A stretch of DNA of 64,000 bases from Candidatus Poribacteria bacterium (lineage in GTDB: Bacteria > Poribacteria > WGA-4E > WGA-3G), in the NCBI GenBank assembly GCA_965214095.1, contig OZ243938.1, positions 2,464,001-2,528,000 of the forward strand, written 5' to 3'. The notes under the pieces are model-generated. The model worked only from the letters and a program-made list of their open reading frames with translations. It did no database searches and was not told the origin of the DNA. The stretch's first letter is position 1, and each line of letters starts with the position of its first letter. Below, in pieces: positions 34,081 through 44,783 of the stretch. A program made the position numbers and the translations under genes.

Positions 34081-36534
34081 ATGGAGTATAAAGGGTTAAC
34101 GTTGGATCTATTTCAAGAGGAAGCGATTGAAGCGATAAATCGAGAACAATCAGTATTAGTTACTGCTCCTACGGGTGCTGGTAAAACACTCATCGCAGAA
34201 TACGCAGTTGAGAAATGTCTTGAGACGAACAGACGCGTTATTTATACTGCACCGATTAAAGCACTAAGCAATCAAAAATATAGAGACTTTCAAGCCGAAT
34301 ATGATGATAAAATCGGTATTGTCACTGGGGACGTAGTCTTAAATCCGTTTGCGCAAGTCCTATTGATGACGACCGAGATATTTCGAAATACAATCTTTGA
34401 TGATATAGACAGATTACAAGATGTGTCTTATGTTATCTTTGATGAAATACACTATATCAATGACATTGAACGTGGTACGGTATGGGAAGAGAGCATTATA
34501 TTTGCCCCGCAGCATATCAAGTTTGTTTCCCTGAGTGCGACGATTCCGAATATCGCCTCCTTTGCCGAATGGATGCAAAGTGTCCGGGATATTGACATCA
34601 AAGTCATTGAAGAGTTGGAACGTCCTGTTCCATTAGAACACCACACATATTTCAACGGATTCGGTATAGGAAAAGTAGATCATCTGCGCGATCTACGATT
34701 TGTTTTAAAACGTGAGAAGCGGCAACGTGAGAAAATGAGATGGAGTGATGATAAATCTGCTGAAAAAAATAAAAGTAAAGAGTCAAATACAAAACGGACA
34801 GAAATACCAAAAGAGATAATTAATGTCGATTTAATACCCTATCTCCAGAAAAAGAGACGACTTCCGTGTCTCTATTTTTGTTTTAGTCGAAAGAAGTGTG
34901 AAGCTAACGCCAAAAATTATGCTCTTTACACTAAACGTAATTTGCTTGATGAAGAGAAGCAGAAACAGATTTTGGAGATGTTTGATAAACTTTGCGCACA
35001 ATATGATATTGATGAAGAGAGCGTGATTAACGATTTTCGGAAACTCATCGCCTGTGGAATTGCCTATCATCACGCGGGCATGTTACCAACACTCAAAGAA
35101 GTTGTAGAACGGTTGTTCACTTCAGGATTAATTCAACTTCTGTTCACGACTGAGACGTTTGCTGTAGGGATCAATATGCCTGCATGTACAGTAGTCTTTG
35201 ATAGTCTTGAGAAATTTGATGGAGTTAGTTTCCGTTACCTTCAAGCACGTGAATATCATCAGATGGCAGGTCGGGCAGGTAGACGTGGGATTGATCCTGT
35301 TGGCTATGTGTACGCAACGGTTGATCCGATGTATGCTACCTTATCGGATGTCCAAAAAGCCGTTTCTGATAAGATAGAACCGATCGCAAGTCAATTCAAC
35401 CTTTCATATTCCAGTATCCTCAACCTATACGAGAAATATGGTGATGACATATATGATGTATACACGATGAGTTTGAGCAACTATCAGAATAAAAAACGGA
35501 TCACAGATCTCAATGCACATATTGAACAATTAGAAAAAGAACTTGAATCCTTACCTGTTCCTGTCTGTATCCATGACAACATCAACGGTATGAAACAGAT
35601 TGAGAAATATTATCGCCACAAGCGAAGAAATAATCAGAAACGTGACAACATACATGCAGAGATAACAATGGCAAAATCTCGCTCTTCACGGAATAAATCC
35701 AAAAAAGCACGAAATAAAAAGTTGAAATTAGAATATAATAAGTTGAATAACCTGCAAAAAGAACTGAACACTAATCTCTGCCATGACTGTTACAAGAAGG
35801 AAGAATGCTCTGAAAGGTACCAAGCAATCAGAAAAATGGGAGAGAATATAATTAAAAGAAAAAACCGACAGACAAATGTAGAGGATTATCAACGTAATCA
35901 GATAGCAGCGCGGCTTAGTGTACTTGAAACACTCGGATATATTGAAGAATTGACGCTTCTGCCACGCGGTATTACTGCAACAAATATCTACGGTTATGAA
36001 TTGCAATTGACACAACTCCTCTTTAGCGGATTTTTTGAAAGGTTGAATGAGGATGAAATTAATTGTCTGATCATAGCAATCGTTTCTGAACCACGGAAAG
36101 ATGGTTATTACAAGAAAATAAAAGATAAAAGGATGTTGTCAATAATTGGTGCTGCGATGAACGAAGTTACTGATGTTCAACGTGTAGAAAATCAGCATAA
36201 CGCTTCAGATTTAACACCGCTGTTGGAATTGCATTTATGTTCTGCGATGTGGGCTTGGAGTCGGGGTTGCGAGTTTGATGATTTATATAAATATGCGGAT
36301 CTTGATCCGGGAGATTTTGTGAGATCATTTCGGCTTGTGATTGATCAACTACGTCAAATCCGGCGCGCAACGCCAACACACACGGCTCTTGTTGATAAGT
36401 TAAATCGTTGTATTGGTAAAATAAATCGTGATGTTGTTGATGCTGAACGTCAACTGCGAATTGGACAGGAAGAACCGTCTGAAAATGAAGAGGAAACCAA
36501 ATTAGAACAGAATAAAGGAGAAATTCATGGATAA
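34081..36534 (+). CDS. Ski2/HelY-like SF2 DEXH helicase with DSHCT C-terminus
   Basis: APTGAGKT, PIKALSNQK, DEIH, SAT, TETFAVGINMPA, QMAGRAGRRG; C-terminal W..G..F...GDFVR. Confidence 0.93.
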   Translation: MEYKGLTLDLFQEEAIEAINREQSVLVTAPTGAGKTLIAEYAVEKCLETNRRVIYTAPIKALSNQKYRDFQAEYDDKIGIVTGDVVLNPFAQVLLMTTEIFRNTIFDDIDRLQDVSYVIFDEIHYINDIERGTVWEESIIFAPQHIKFVSLSATIPNIASFAEWMQSVRDIDIKVIEELERPVPLEHHTYFNGFGIGKVDHLRDLRFVLKREKRQREKMRWSDDKSAEKNKSKESNTKRTEIPKEIINVDLIPYLQKKRRLPCLYFCFSRKKCEANAKNYALYTKRNLLDEEKQKQILEMFDKLCAQYDIDEESVINDFRKLIACGIAYHHAGMLPTLKEVVERLFTSGLIQLLFTTETFAVGINMPACTVVFDSLEKFDGVSFRYLQAREYHQMAGRAGRRGIDPVGYVYATVDPMYATLSDVQKAVSDKIEPIASQFNLSYSSILNLYEKYGDDIYDVYTMSLSNYQNKKRITDLNAHIEQLEKELESLPVPVCIHDNINGMKQIEKYYRHKRRNNQKRDNIHAEITMAKSRSSRNKSKKARNKKLKLEYNKLNNLQKELNTNLCHDCYKKEECSERYQAIRKMGENIIKRKNRQTNVEDYQRNQIAARLSVLETLGYIEELTLLPRGITATNIYGYELQLTQLLFSGFFERLNEDEINCLIIAIVSEPRKDGYYKKIKDKRMLSIIGAAMNEVTDVQRVENQHNASDLTPLLELHLCSAMWAWSRGCEFDDLYKYADLDPGDFVRSFRLVIDQLRQIRRATPTHTALVDKLNRCIGKINRDVVDAERQLRIGQEEPSENEEETKLEQNKGEIHG

Positions 36535-37069
36535 TAAAGATTTTGACTTAAAAGGATCAATCATTGTCCGATCTGCTACAGAGGACGATGCTGGTAATTT
36601 ACAAACACATTGCTTCACAGACAAATCTAAAGAAGAGATAGTTGAAGAATTAAAGGCTGACTTGGCTTCTGATAGTCAAACGACCCGTCTTGTTGCTGAT
36701 TCCAGCGGATATGCTGTCGGTCATATCTCTGTGAAAAAGCATCCGTTGGATGATACGGTTGGACAGATTAACAATCTGGCAGTATCAGGTCCATTCCGTC
36801 TCTTAGGGGTTGCAGACCATCTTATTGATGCTGCCGAGGCAGCAGCTGCTGAAAACGGTTTGACTATCATCGAAATTGAACTTACACCTTCTGATAAGTC
36901 TGTCATTCAAAGGTATAAAGATTGGGGATTCTCTGAAAAACCTATAGTCACACTTCAAAAGTCTGTAGGTGCTGAGGTGGAGGAAACCGTTGAAGAAGAG
37001 ACTGAACCAGAGACTGAAACTGAGGAAACTGATGACGCATCTGTAGAACAGCCACAACTATTGGAATAG
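36527..37069 (+). CDS. GNAT-family acetyltransferase-like protein with acidic tail
   Basis: IIVRSATEDDA, NLAVSGPFRLLGVADHLI, RYKDWGF; AAGGAG RBS. Confidence 0.75.
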   Translation: MDNKDFDLKGSIIVRSATEDDAGNLQTHCFTDKSKEEIVEELKADLASDSQTTRLVADSSGYAVGHISVKKHPLDDTVGQINNLAVSGPFRLLGVADHLIDAAEAAAAENGLTIIEIELTPSDKSVIQRYKDWGFSEKPIVTLQKSVGAEVEETVEEETEPETETEETDDASVEQPQLLE

Positions 37070-37106
37070 GTTGATGCTTGTAAAGTTAATGTGTGATTAA
37101 TCACAC

Positions 37107-37209
37107 TATAGTGAATTATAAATATAAGTTGACACTTCCGACCCACGGTAGACGAGGTTTCCTAACCTCGCTGATGCAGAGTGTTCAAGTAATTTCAAAA
37201 TCTACTATA
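37107..37209 (+). mobile_element. 103-bp REP-carrying MITE, copy 2 of 5
   Basis: Near-identical to 23149-23251. Confidence 0.88.
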
Positions 37210-37231
37210 CATAATTTTAAGGTAGGAATTG

Positions 37232-38134
37232 ATGAAGCGGTATTTGATAAACATTTTTCTTTCTTTAGGAATTGTCTTTCTAATTGCAAGTTGTGGGAAT
37301 CAGAATGAACATCTTGCGAAAGGCAAAGAATTAATAAAATCGGATAAACGTCGGAAAGAGGAACGCGCTGTCCGTGAGTTCAAACTTGCCATTCAACAGG
37401 AGAGTGACAATGCTGAAGCACATTACCTACTCGGTTTCTACGATTCACAGGACTTCTACGAAGCTAATCAACCTGAATGGCATCAAGCATCTATTGCACA
37501 GAGAGGACAACACATGTTCAAGGCGTATCAGAATAAGTCTCGGGAATACCTTGAAATCTTGGTCTTTGATACTCTACGGGACGATGATGTTAATGTGCAA
37601 AACGCAGCGTTAGAGGCATTGACGTTAGTTTATCAACAACAAGGTGATCGCAAACAACTACTCAATCAACTTGAGAAAGCAATTAAGTCCAAAGATAATC
37701 GTGACAGACACGATGCACATTGGGTGATGTCAAACATCGGTAAATCCGATCCAACAACGATGGTACCCATTTTGGTCGATCTGTTGCAACACAATCAGAT
37801 GGGAACGCGTCTGAATGCTGTGAAGGCACTTGGTGAAATTGGCAGCGAAAAAGCAATTTCTGTGCTTGCAGAATTGATTGAATCGGGTTCAGCAAAACGT
37901 GAAGGAGATCGTGAGGTTGCAGAGGTAAGACAGATGGCAGTTGCTGCATTGGGAAAAATCGGTGGAAAAGCCGTTCCTGAACTTGTCAAAATCACACAAA
38001 ACAAAGGTTCTTCGCTTCGAGTTGATGCAATCCGAGCATTATCTTCACTCGGTGATGAAAAAGCTGTGCAGCCACTATTGGATGCTTTAAAAGAGAAAAG
38101 CAGCAGAGAGATCGTTGTTAATTTGGGAAGATAA
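37232..38134 (+). CDS. TPR/HEAT-repeat lipoprotein
   Basis: Lipobox IASC; AEAHYLLG (TPR); RLNAVKALGEIG, RQMAVAALGKIG and RVDAIRALSSLG (HEAT). Confidence 0.82.
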   Translation: MKRYLINIFLSLGIVFLIASCGNQNEHLAKGKELIKSDKRRKEERAVREFKLAIQQESDNAEAHYLLGFYDSQDFYEANQPEWHQASIAQRGQHMFKAYQNKSREYLEILVFDTLRDDDVNVQNAALEALTLVYQQQGDRKQLLNQLEKAIKSKDNRDRHDAHWVMSNIGKSDPTTMVPILVDLLQHNQMGTRLNAVKALGEIGSEKAISVLAELIESGSAKREGDREVAEVRQMAVAALGKIGGKAVPELVKITQNKGSSLRVDAIRALSSLGDEKAVQPLLDALKEKSSREIVVNLGR

Positions 38135-38137
38135 CAT

Positions 38138-38238
38138 TATAGTGATATAAATATAAGTTGACACTTTCGACCCACGGTAGGCGAGGTTTCCTAACCTCGC
38201 CGATGCAGAGTGTGCAAGTAATTTCAAAATCTACTATA
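38138..38238 (+). mobile_element. REP-carrying MITE, copy 3 of 5 (101 bp)
   Basis: Near-identical to 23149-23251 with a 2-nt deletion in the left TIR. Confidence 0.88.
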
Positions 38239-38255
38239 CTATATCGCCAAAAGGA

Positions 38256-39686
38256 ATGAGAATGTCTAAGAATATATTGTTGGTTTTATTCTATATCATC
38301 GTGCTTGTTGCCCTCGGGTGTGATAATGTCTATTACGATGAACACTTGAAAATGGAAGTACAACAACTTGATAGCGATCTTGAAAACCGATGGTCTACTA
38401 CAGGCGTTGTTGTAAGTTCTATCACAACGAACGGTCCTGCCGAAAAAGCGAATCTCGTAGAAGGTGAACTCATTTCTTATGTAATTGGGGAATATCCTAT
38501 TCAGAATGCAAATGACTTCAATAAAGCAGTCAAAAAAGCAATGGAAGACGACAATAACATGCTACTCTATCTCAAAGATAAGAAACCAATTCGTATTGCA
38601 ACACGGAAATTGGGGGATAAAGTTGGTTTAGAGGTAGAGAATGTTGACGTTGTTCGCATTAAGAATATTATGTCTGGAACACCCGCTGCAAATACCGGTA
38701 TCATTCAAGTCGGTGATATTGTTGAAAAGATTGTGGATGAAAGGAAAATTCAAGGTTTAGATGATTACAAAAAATCTGTGAATGAGTTTGTAGAATTAAA
38801 TGCAGCACTTACTTTCCGTACAACTGAACTGATTGGCGTAAAAATCGCTGCTGTTACTGCACTCGGCAATTTAGGCGATGCTCGCGCCATCGATCCGTTG
38901 ATTAACATACTAAAGAACACCCGTGAACTCGCTCTTCGTAAAGCTGCTGCGCGGAGTTTAGAACGGCTTGTAGCATTGAGTGAACTCAGTCCACTCTTTC
39001 AGCAATTCCAAGAACAAGATTTAAATCAACTCCCCGCAAATACACTTGATAGTGAGCACCTCGCATCCGCAGAGATCCTGGGATTACTGCTTATAGACGT
39101 TAAAGCAAATACAGCGACACTTGAAGCACCTTTCGGAATTCAATTCCGCCACCGATCTGAAGCACTACATCAGAAGGTCAATGAAGGGCAACTTGTGGAA
39201 CTCACAGAACAATATATCCAAAAGGTATATGAACCCGAACAAGAAATTCGACGCGCGTGTCTCTCTATGATTGCAAACCTTAAACCTGTATCTGCCATTG
39301 AACCACTTGTTCAAGTGCTCAGGGATGAGGACGAAATACCCGGTATCCGATTCCAAGCGGGGTTAGGGTTGAGTCGGATCGGCACACCAGCAATTGATGC
39401 ATTGATCGCAGCGTTTAATGAGACAGATGCCACAGCACAAGACATCGCCGCATCAGCACTTGGTAATATCGGTGGAACACAAACACGCGACTTCCTCATA
39501 ACTGCTTTGGAAACTACAAGCAATCCCGCAACACAATTAACGCTTGTGGATGCAATTGCAAAAATTGGTGATGAACCGTCGCTAAGTGCACTTGAACGCC
39601 AGAGACAACGTTTTCAAGGAGATAATTCCGCTATCCGTATCTTTCTTGATGAGGTATTTAGCAGCTTGACAACATCATCAGAATAG
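38256..39686 (+). CDS. PDZ and HEAT-repeat lipoprotein
   Basis: Lipobox ALGC; two PDZ-like segments (GVVVSSITTNGPAEKANL; IMSGTPAANTG...VGDIV); HEAT repeats. Confidence 0.8.
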   Translation: MRMSKNILLVLFYIIVLVALGCDNVYYDEHLKMEVQQLDSDLENRWSTTGVVVSSITTNGPAEKANLVEGELISYVIGEYPIQNANDFNKAVKKAMEDDNNMLLYLKDKKPIRIATRKLGDKVGLEVENVDVVRIKNIMSGTPAANTGIIQVGDIVEKIVDERKIQGLDDYKKSVNEFVELNAALTFRTTELIGVKIAAVTALGNLGDARAIDPLINILKNTRELALRKAAARSLERLVALSELSPLFQQFQEQDLNQLPANTLDSEHLASAEILGLLLIDVKANTATLEAPFGIQFRHRSEALHQKVNEGQLVELTEQYIQKVYEPEQEIRRACLSMIANLKPVSAIEPLVQVLRDEDEIPGIRFQAGLGLSRIGTPAIDALIAAFNETDATAQDIAASALGNIGGTQTRDFLITALETTSNPATQLTLVDAIAKIGDEPSLSALERQRQRFQGDNSAIRIFLDEVFSSLTTSSE

Positions 39687-39689
39687 CCA

Positions 39690-39926
39690 CTAGTGGAGTG
39701 TCCATTCTAAAATTACGGGTATGTGATTTGGAAGAGGGCGAGGTGACCTCACCCCTACGATCATATTACCCTTAAAATAAAGGTAGACAGAACACTAGTG
39801 GAGTGTCCATTCTTATATTGTAGGTCGGGTAGAGGCACGAAACCCGACTTTATTGATGATAAATGGATGCATGTCGGGTAGAGGAACGAAACCCGACCTA
39901 CAAGATTAGTGTAGACAGAACACCAG
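39690..39926. mobile_element. two tandem CTAG-bounded MITEs with different REP cargo
   Basis: Unit CTAGTGGAGTGTCCATTCT...GTAGACAGAACAC(T/C)AG at 39690-39798 and 39795-39926. Confidence 0.72.
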
Positions 39927-40153
39927 TTTCTATTTATAGTGAAATCTGAAATTAACAATACACTTTACATTTAGAAAAACGCGTTTGTAGTCGCGCAATT
40001 CATTGCGCCTCTTACATTATATAAATAAGTAATTGGGATAGTATGTCTCATTAATTGTCCGTTTTACCATAGTCAGCAATCTTTGTATACCAACTATATT
40101 CAGTTATGAAGTCTGATCCTACGAAACAAAGAAATGTCTGATCATTAAGACTT

Positions 40154-41002
40154 ATGAAAATTGGACTGATCTCAGACTTGCATACTGATTCTACTGATGC
40201 AAATAGGGCAATCGTTCCCCACATTATCAACGTTGTTAGAAATGCTAATCTTGATGTTTTTGTCCTTGCAGGTGATATAACCCCCAACTTATCTGAATTT
40301 TACGAAATACTCGGTGAATTTGCTAATGCAGATTTGACCTGCCAGAAGTTGTTTGTACCGGGAAACCATGATATTTGGGTCGGTAAAAATGCAAACATGA
40401 CCAGTGAACAAAAATGTGGTGTAATTTCAGAAATATGTCAAGACCATGGGTTTCATTCCCTTATAGATACACCTTATGTGGTTGATAAGATAGGTTTCTG
40501 CGGTACAATCGGTTGGTATGATTATACGTTTGCTTCGGATGCGATTGACTATTCAACTGAACAGTATGCGGAAAAACAGTTGATGAGATCAGTCTGGAGC
40601 GATAAACTATATGCGAAATGGAGTGATACAGACGAGAATATAGCACACCGATTTGAGAAAGAACTTGAGCAACAGATCCATTCTGTAAAGAACACAGTGC
40701 AACATATCATCGTTGTGACGCATCACGTTCCTTTTCGTGAGTGTATACGGTATCGTGGGGAATTGCCTTGGGATTATTTCCGTGCGTTTATGGGAAGTGA
40801 AGGTCTTGGCAGGATATGTTTACAGGAACCGTTGGTCTCACACATCCTCTTTGGTCACACACATTATGTTGTCAACCAACAGGTTGAGAACGTTAGGGCA
40901 ATCTGTGCACCAATCGGTTATCTGCATGAAATACCATTAGAAGAACTTCAGGCTTTTGCTGAACAAAGATTTACCTGTTTCTCTTTATCAAATGAATCCT
41001 AA
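40154..41002 (+). CDS. calcineurin-like metallophosphoesterase
   Basis: SDLH, AGD, PGNHD, VTHHVP, FGHTH. Confidence 0.9.
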   Translation: MKIGLISDLHTDSTDANRAIVPHIINVVRNANLDVFVLAGDITPNLSEFYEILGEFANADLTCQKLFVPGNHDIWVGKNANMTSEQKCGVISEICQDHGFHSLIDTPYVVDKIGFCGTIGWYDYTFASDAIDYSTEQYAEKQLMRSVWSDKLYAKWSDTDENIAHRFEKELEQQIHSVKNTVQHIIVVTHHVPFRECIRYRGELPWDYFRAFMGSEGLGRICLQEPLVSHILFGHTHYVVNQQVENVRAICAPIGYLHEIPLEELQAFAEQRFTCFSLSNES

Positions 41003-41026
41003 AAAAGAAATATACAGGAGAACATA

Positions 41027-41386
41027 ATGGATATAACGTTAACAAATAGTAACGAAGCTGGAGCACTTGAATTTCCATGGGGTGCAATAAAATGGTTATG
41101 TAACGATCAGATTGATCCAGAAGCAGAGATGACATTCGGTGTTGTCTACATTAATGCAGGTGAAGGAAATCCCACCCATTACCATCCGAACTGTGAGGAG
41201 TTGATCTATGTGTTATCTGGTGAATGCGACCATAAATTGGGAGATGAGACAATTCCGCTCAGACCCGGTATGATGTTGCGTATTCCGCGCAACGTCAAAC
41301 ACAATGCTGTCAACACAGGATGGCAACCCGTGACGATGATTATCTGCTATTCTGACGCTGATAGACAGACCGTTTTCTGTGAATAA
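41027..41386 (+). CDS. cupin domain protein
   Basis: HYHPNCEELIYVLSG...IPRNVKHN. Confidence 0.88.
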   Translation: MDITLTNSNEAGALEFPWGAIKWLCNDQIDPEAEMTFGVVYINAGEGNPTHYHPNCEELIYVLSGECDHKLGDETIPLRPGMMLRIPRNVKHNAVNTGWQPVTMIICYSDADRQTVFCE

Positions 41387-41405
41387 GGAGAGGATGTGAT
41401 ACATT

Positions 41406-42095
41406 ATGTCTGAAGAAACAAGGTGCAAAGTAAAAATCTGCGGCATAACATCAATCCACGATGCATGTCTTGCTGCTGATGCTGGTGCAGATTACATCGG
41501 TGTATTGGTTGACGTTACAGCATCTGAACGAACGATGAAAACGACACAAGCAGTAGAAATCGCAAGTGGTAGTCCTATTCCAACGGTATTGTTGCTATAC
41601 AACCGCACAACATCCGATATACAAGACGCAGTCTCACAAATACAACCTTTTGCGGTGCAACTGCTTGGACAGGAAACACCTGAACAGGTTGAGGAACTCA
41701 AACGTGATGCCACATGTCAATTCTGGAAATCTGTCTATCTCCCTGCAGGAAGTCCAGAAAATGTTGATAGATCAGCAGTACATGCACAAATGCAAGCATA
41801 CTGCAATGCTGGTGCGGATTATCTCCTGTTTGATACAGTTGACATTAGCGTAAATCCACCTCGCTATGGTGGTACGGGTAAAAGATATGATTGGGGACTT
41901 GCTGCAGAACTTATTTCTGAAAGTCCATTGCCTGTTTTCTTAGCGGGAGGGATTCGTCCCAATAATGTTAAAGCTGCTATTGAAAACATAAACCCTTACG
42001 GGATAGATCTCTGTTCTGGTGTAGAAGCATCAAAAGGTGTTAAAGACAAACAAAAACTTGATCACCTTATGGAACAAGTGGGAAATACCAATTGA
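41406..42095 (+). CDS. trpF: phosphoribosylanthranilate isomerase
   Basis: KVKICGIT, GADYIG, VQLLGQE, GGTGKRYDW, FLAGGIRPNNV, GIDLCSGVE..KGVKD. Confidence 0.92.
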   Translation: MSEETRCKVKICGITSIHDACLAADAGADYIGVLVDVTASERTMKTTQAVEIASGSPIPTVLLLYNRTTSDIQDAVSQIQPFAVQLLGQETPEQVEELKRDATCQFWKSVYLPAGSPENVDRSAVHAQMQAYCNAGADYLLFDTVDISVNPPRYGGTGKRYDWGLAAELISESPLPVFLAGGIRPNNVKAAIENINPYGIDLCSGVEASKGVKDKQKLDHLMEQVGNTN

Positions 42096-42232
42096 AAGAA
42101 TGTGGGTTTCAATTCATAAAACTCTTGAAATCAGACAGGATAATAAGATATACTGATAGCGTGTTTACGATGTGAAAAACGCGAATTTCCTGAGTATATT
42201 ACAAACTATTTTCATAACCTAAGGAGACTTTC

Positions 42233-43000
42233 ATGAAGATTAATGCATTTCAGTTGATTATTATATTTCTTATTATAGGCGTAATTTCTATTTTCGCACC
42301 TTCTGTGGTTCTTGCAGATGCACACGAGACGGAAGGTGAGATGGCACCCGAAGCCGAAGCAATGGAAGAAAAACCGGGTGTGTCAGGATGGTTCCAGATT
42401 GACATTGATAGTTTAGGCAGCTATTTCTTGATTGGCGCGAGCCATCCAGTCGGTGGTATCTCAATCGCTTCAAATATTTATGTAAATGAAAAACACGACT
42501 ATAATTTTGTAGATGGTAGTCACAGTCACAGATACTTAGGTGAATTTGATCTCGGCGTGACAGTTCCTGTTGTATCTTCTGATAGTTTATCATTAGCATT
42601 GCAGCCGATGGTAGGTATTGGTTTCGATTATACTGGAGCAGATGGACCTCATGCACTTTATCCACAGGTTTTTGCTTTCCTTAATGCAGGTGATTTCTTC
42701 CTCTTCCACTGGACCATCAGTACGTTCTATTCCATATTTGAGGAAGATAGTATTGATGAATTATACAATCGAACTTATCTTACCTATTCTCTGAATGATA
42801 CGATTGCAATTGGACCTCAGGTTGAATCAGTTCTCGGCCTTGGAGAAATGGGGGACTTGTGGGCATTCAATTTGGGGGCACGTCTCAATATCGCCTACGG
42901 CACAGCGAATTCGCTTGGAATATATGTCGGTTATGAAACAAAGAAAGGTGATGATGAAACGGGACTTACTGGTAGAATGAACTTTACCCGTTTCTGGTAG
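42233..43000 (+). CDS. putative outer-membrane beta-barrel protein, paralog 1
   Basis: Signal peptide, alternating aromatic/Gly strands, C-terminal ...GRMNFTRFW; paralog of 44784-45521. Confidence 0.7.
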   Translation: MKINAFQLIIIFLIIGVISIFAPSVVLADAHETEGEMAPEAEAMEEKPGVSGWFQIDIDSLGSYFLIGASHPVGGISIASNIYVNEKHDYNFVDGSHSHRYLGEFDLGVTVPVVSSDSLSLALQPMVGIGFDYTGADGPHALYPQVFAFLNAGDFFLFHWTISTFYSIFEEDSIDELYNRTYLTYSLNDTIAIGPQVESVLGLGEMGDLWAFNLGARLNIAYGTANSLGIYVGYETKKGDDETGLTGRMNFTRFW

Positions 43001-43038
43001 CAAAAATTTGAATAGAGGCGCGGTTTTCCATCGCGTCT

Positions 43039-44469
43039 CTATTTGCTTAATAGATAAATATGTATCGTCCTATCCTTAGCCCGTGAGAATGCAGGGAATG
43101 TCTCTACCATGCGTCCTCTCTGACGAATCCAATTACGGACTGCCTTATCCGCATCAAAAACGTTAAAATTTGCAACGTCAACGATAAACCACAGACGTTC
43201 CATCTGAGCAGATTCCCACTTCTCTTCAAAACCTTCCTTATCATCTAACAACTCTCCAACATAAACTATTTCCATTTCCATTTCCGGCAGATAAAATACT
43301 CCCATTCGCGGTTCCGAAAGGACTATCTTATCTGTTGATTGCTTCTGCATTTCAACAAATTCGAATGCTTCTCTCCATTTAGGTCGCCCACCATTTTCAT
43401 TTTGATAATAGAGATAATCCTGTGATAACAACACAAGGATAAGCAGAGAAGGTAAAAGTGCTTTAAATAGATTGTGTCTGTTTGAACCCATAGCATCCCA
43501 GACTTGTTCACAGGTAACTGCAGCAAGAATGAAATACGCGGGAGTTGTCCAAAACAGATAATAACCAGCAACATTCTGCAGTTGAGATGCGATCAATAGT
43601 AGTCCCAAAGGCACACCCGCAAAACAGATTAAAAACCTTGTAGAACGGTTCTGCCAATTTACAATAGCACCAAAAAATGCAGCAACGGCAATCGGTATGC
43701 TAACTCCCTGAACGATTGTTAGTATCACATAAAGAGGACTACGTCCCCATTCATTGTGTCCCCATCCTGATGAAATATAACCACGAACTTGTGGTAGTAC
43801 CAGCATGAGCACAGGAACGGTAAACGGAAGGAAGAATATAATAAGATTGACTAACCTTTTTCTGTTACGATTTTCTAAGAGTTGCAATATGGCATAGGCA
43901 GCCAACGCAGGAACAATCGCTGTAGCCAAGAGATGGGATAAAATAAGACAGATACTGGAAAAGAGAGCACCTATAGTTAGAAGTGTTGAATCCTTATCAA
44001 AGGAGCGGTAGAAAAACCAAGCTGCCAACGCACCAAACAGAAAGGTGAGGATGTATGAACGCGCATTTTGCGACCAGAACAGATGCCAGTTTGACAAGGC
44101 AACAAAAACCGATGCAAATAAACCAACTCTATTGTTGTATAAAGTTTTACCCAAACTAAAGACTATCGGTATTGATATAATACCCACGATACAGAAGATA
44201 AGACGACTATTCCACTCACTACCTCCATCAAATATAAAAGACAGGTTTTCACCCAAAATTACAGAAAACTTCGCTGCAATATAAGGAATTGGATTAATAG
44301 GAGAATTATTGAGAGAGAAAGCTTTTGCATCAAGTACGGTAAGCACTTCATCAATCCAAAAACTCCACTTACCAAGATGCCAAAATCGTAGGAGTGCACC
44401 GATACTGACGATACAGACAAGTAATATATGCTTATTTTTTAGGCAGTTTTGTGATGAAAATTTCAGCAT
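43039..44469 (-). CDS. GT-C (PMT/ArnT, GT39/GT83-like) membrane glycosyltransferase
   Basis: LRFWHLGKWSFWIDE, SQNARSY, about 11 TM segments, soluble C-terminal domain. Confidence 0.85.
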   Translation of the reverse strand: MLKFSSQNCLKNKHILLVCIVSIGALLRFWHLGKWSFWIDEVLTVLDAKAFSLNNSPINPIPYIAAKFSVILGENLSFIFDGGSEWNSRLIFCIVGIISIPIVFSLGKTLYNNRVGLFASVFVALSNWHLFWSQNARSYILTFLFGALAAWFFYRSFDKDSTLLTIGALFSSICLILSHLLATAIVPALAAYAILQLLENRNRKRLVNLIIFFLPFTVPVLMLVLPQVRGYISSGWGHNEWGRSPLYVILTIVQGVSIPIAVAAFFGAIVNWQNRSTRFLICFAGVPLGLLLIASQLQNVAGYYLFWTTPAYFILAAVTCEQVWDAMGSNRHNLFKALLPSLLILVLLSQDYLYYQNENGGRPKWREAFEFVEMQKQSTDKIVLSEPRMGVFYLPEMEMEIVYVGELLDDKEGFEEKWESAQMERLWFIVDVANFNVFDADKAVRNWIRQRGRMVETFPAFSRAKDRTIHIYLLSK

Positions 44470-44625
44470 TTTTACCAGAAACCAATCTGTATAAACTATG
44501 GTATATCGCTATCTGTATATAGTTTAGAGATAAAATCTTATGAAAGGGGATACATAAGGATAAAACTACTGTTTATCTTATCTATAAGACATCTCAACAT
44601 AGTAAAATACCCTTATACGCTTAAT

Positions 44626-44641
44626 TGGCACACATATTGCT
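44626..44641 (+). promoter_or_regulatory. sigma-54 (-24/-12) promoter
   Basis: TGGCAC-ACATA-TTGCT, an exact TGGCAC-N5-TTGC consensus upstream of the barrel and amt genes. Confidence 0.8.
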
Positions 44642-44783
44642 TTAACACAAGCAGTGCAACTAAGCACAGATTTTATCATAGGTTGATGTCAGAATCAAGC
44701 ATAAGCGTTCACAAACTGGCATAAACTCTCTTTTTGCACGATGAAAATACGTGCTGGAATTAAATAAATCTAAGGAGATTTAA

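Noticed and set aside
37232-39686. A single HEAT gene split by the MITE at 38138
   Set aside because: The upstream ORF stops before the element, and the downstream ORF has its own RBS and lipoprotein signal.
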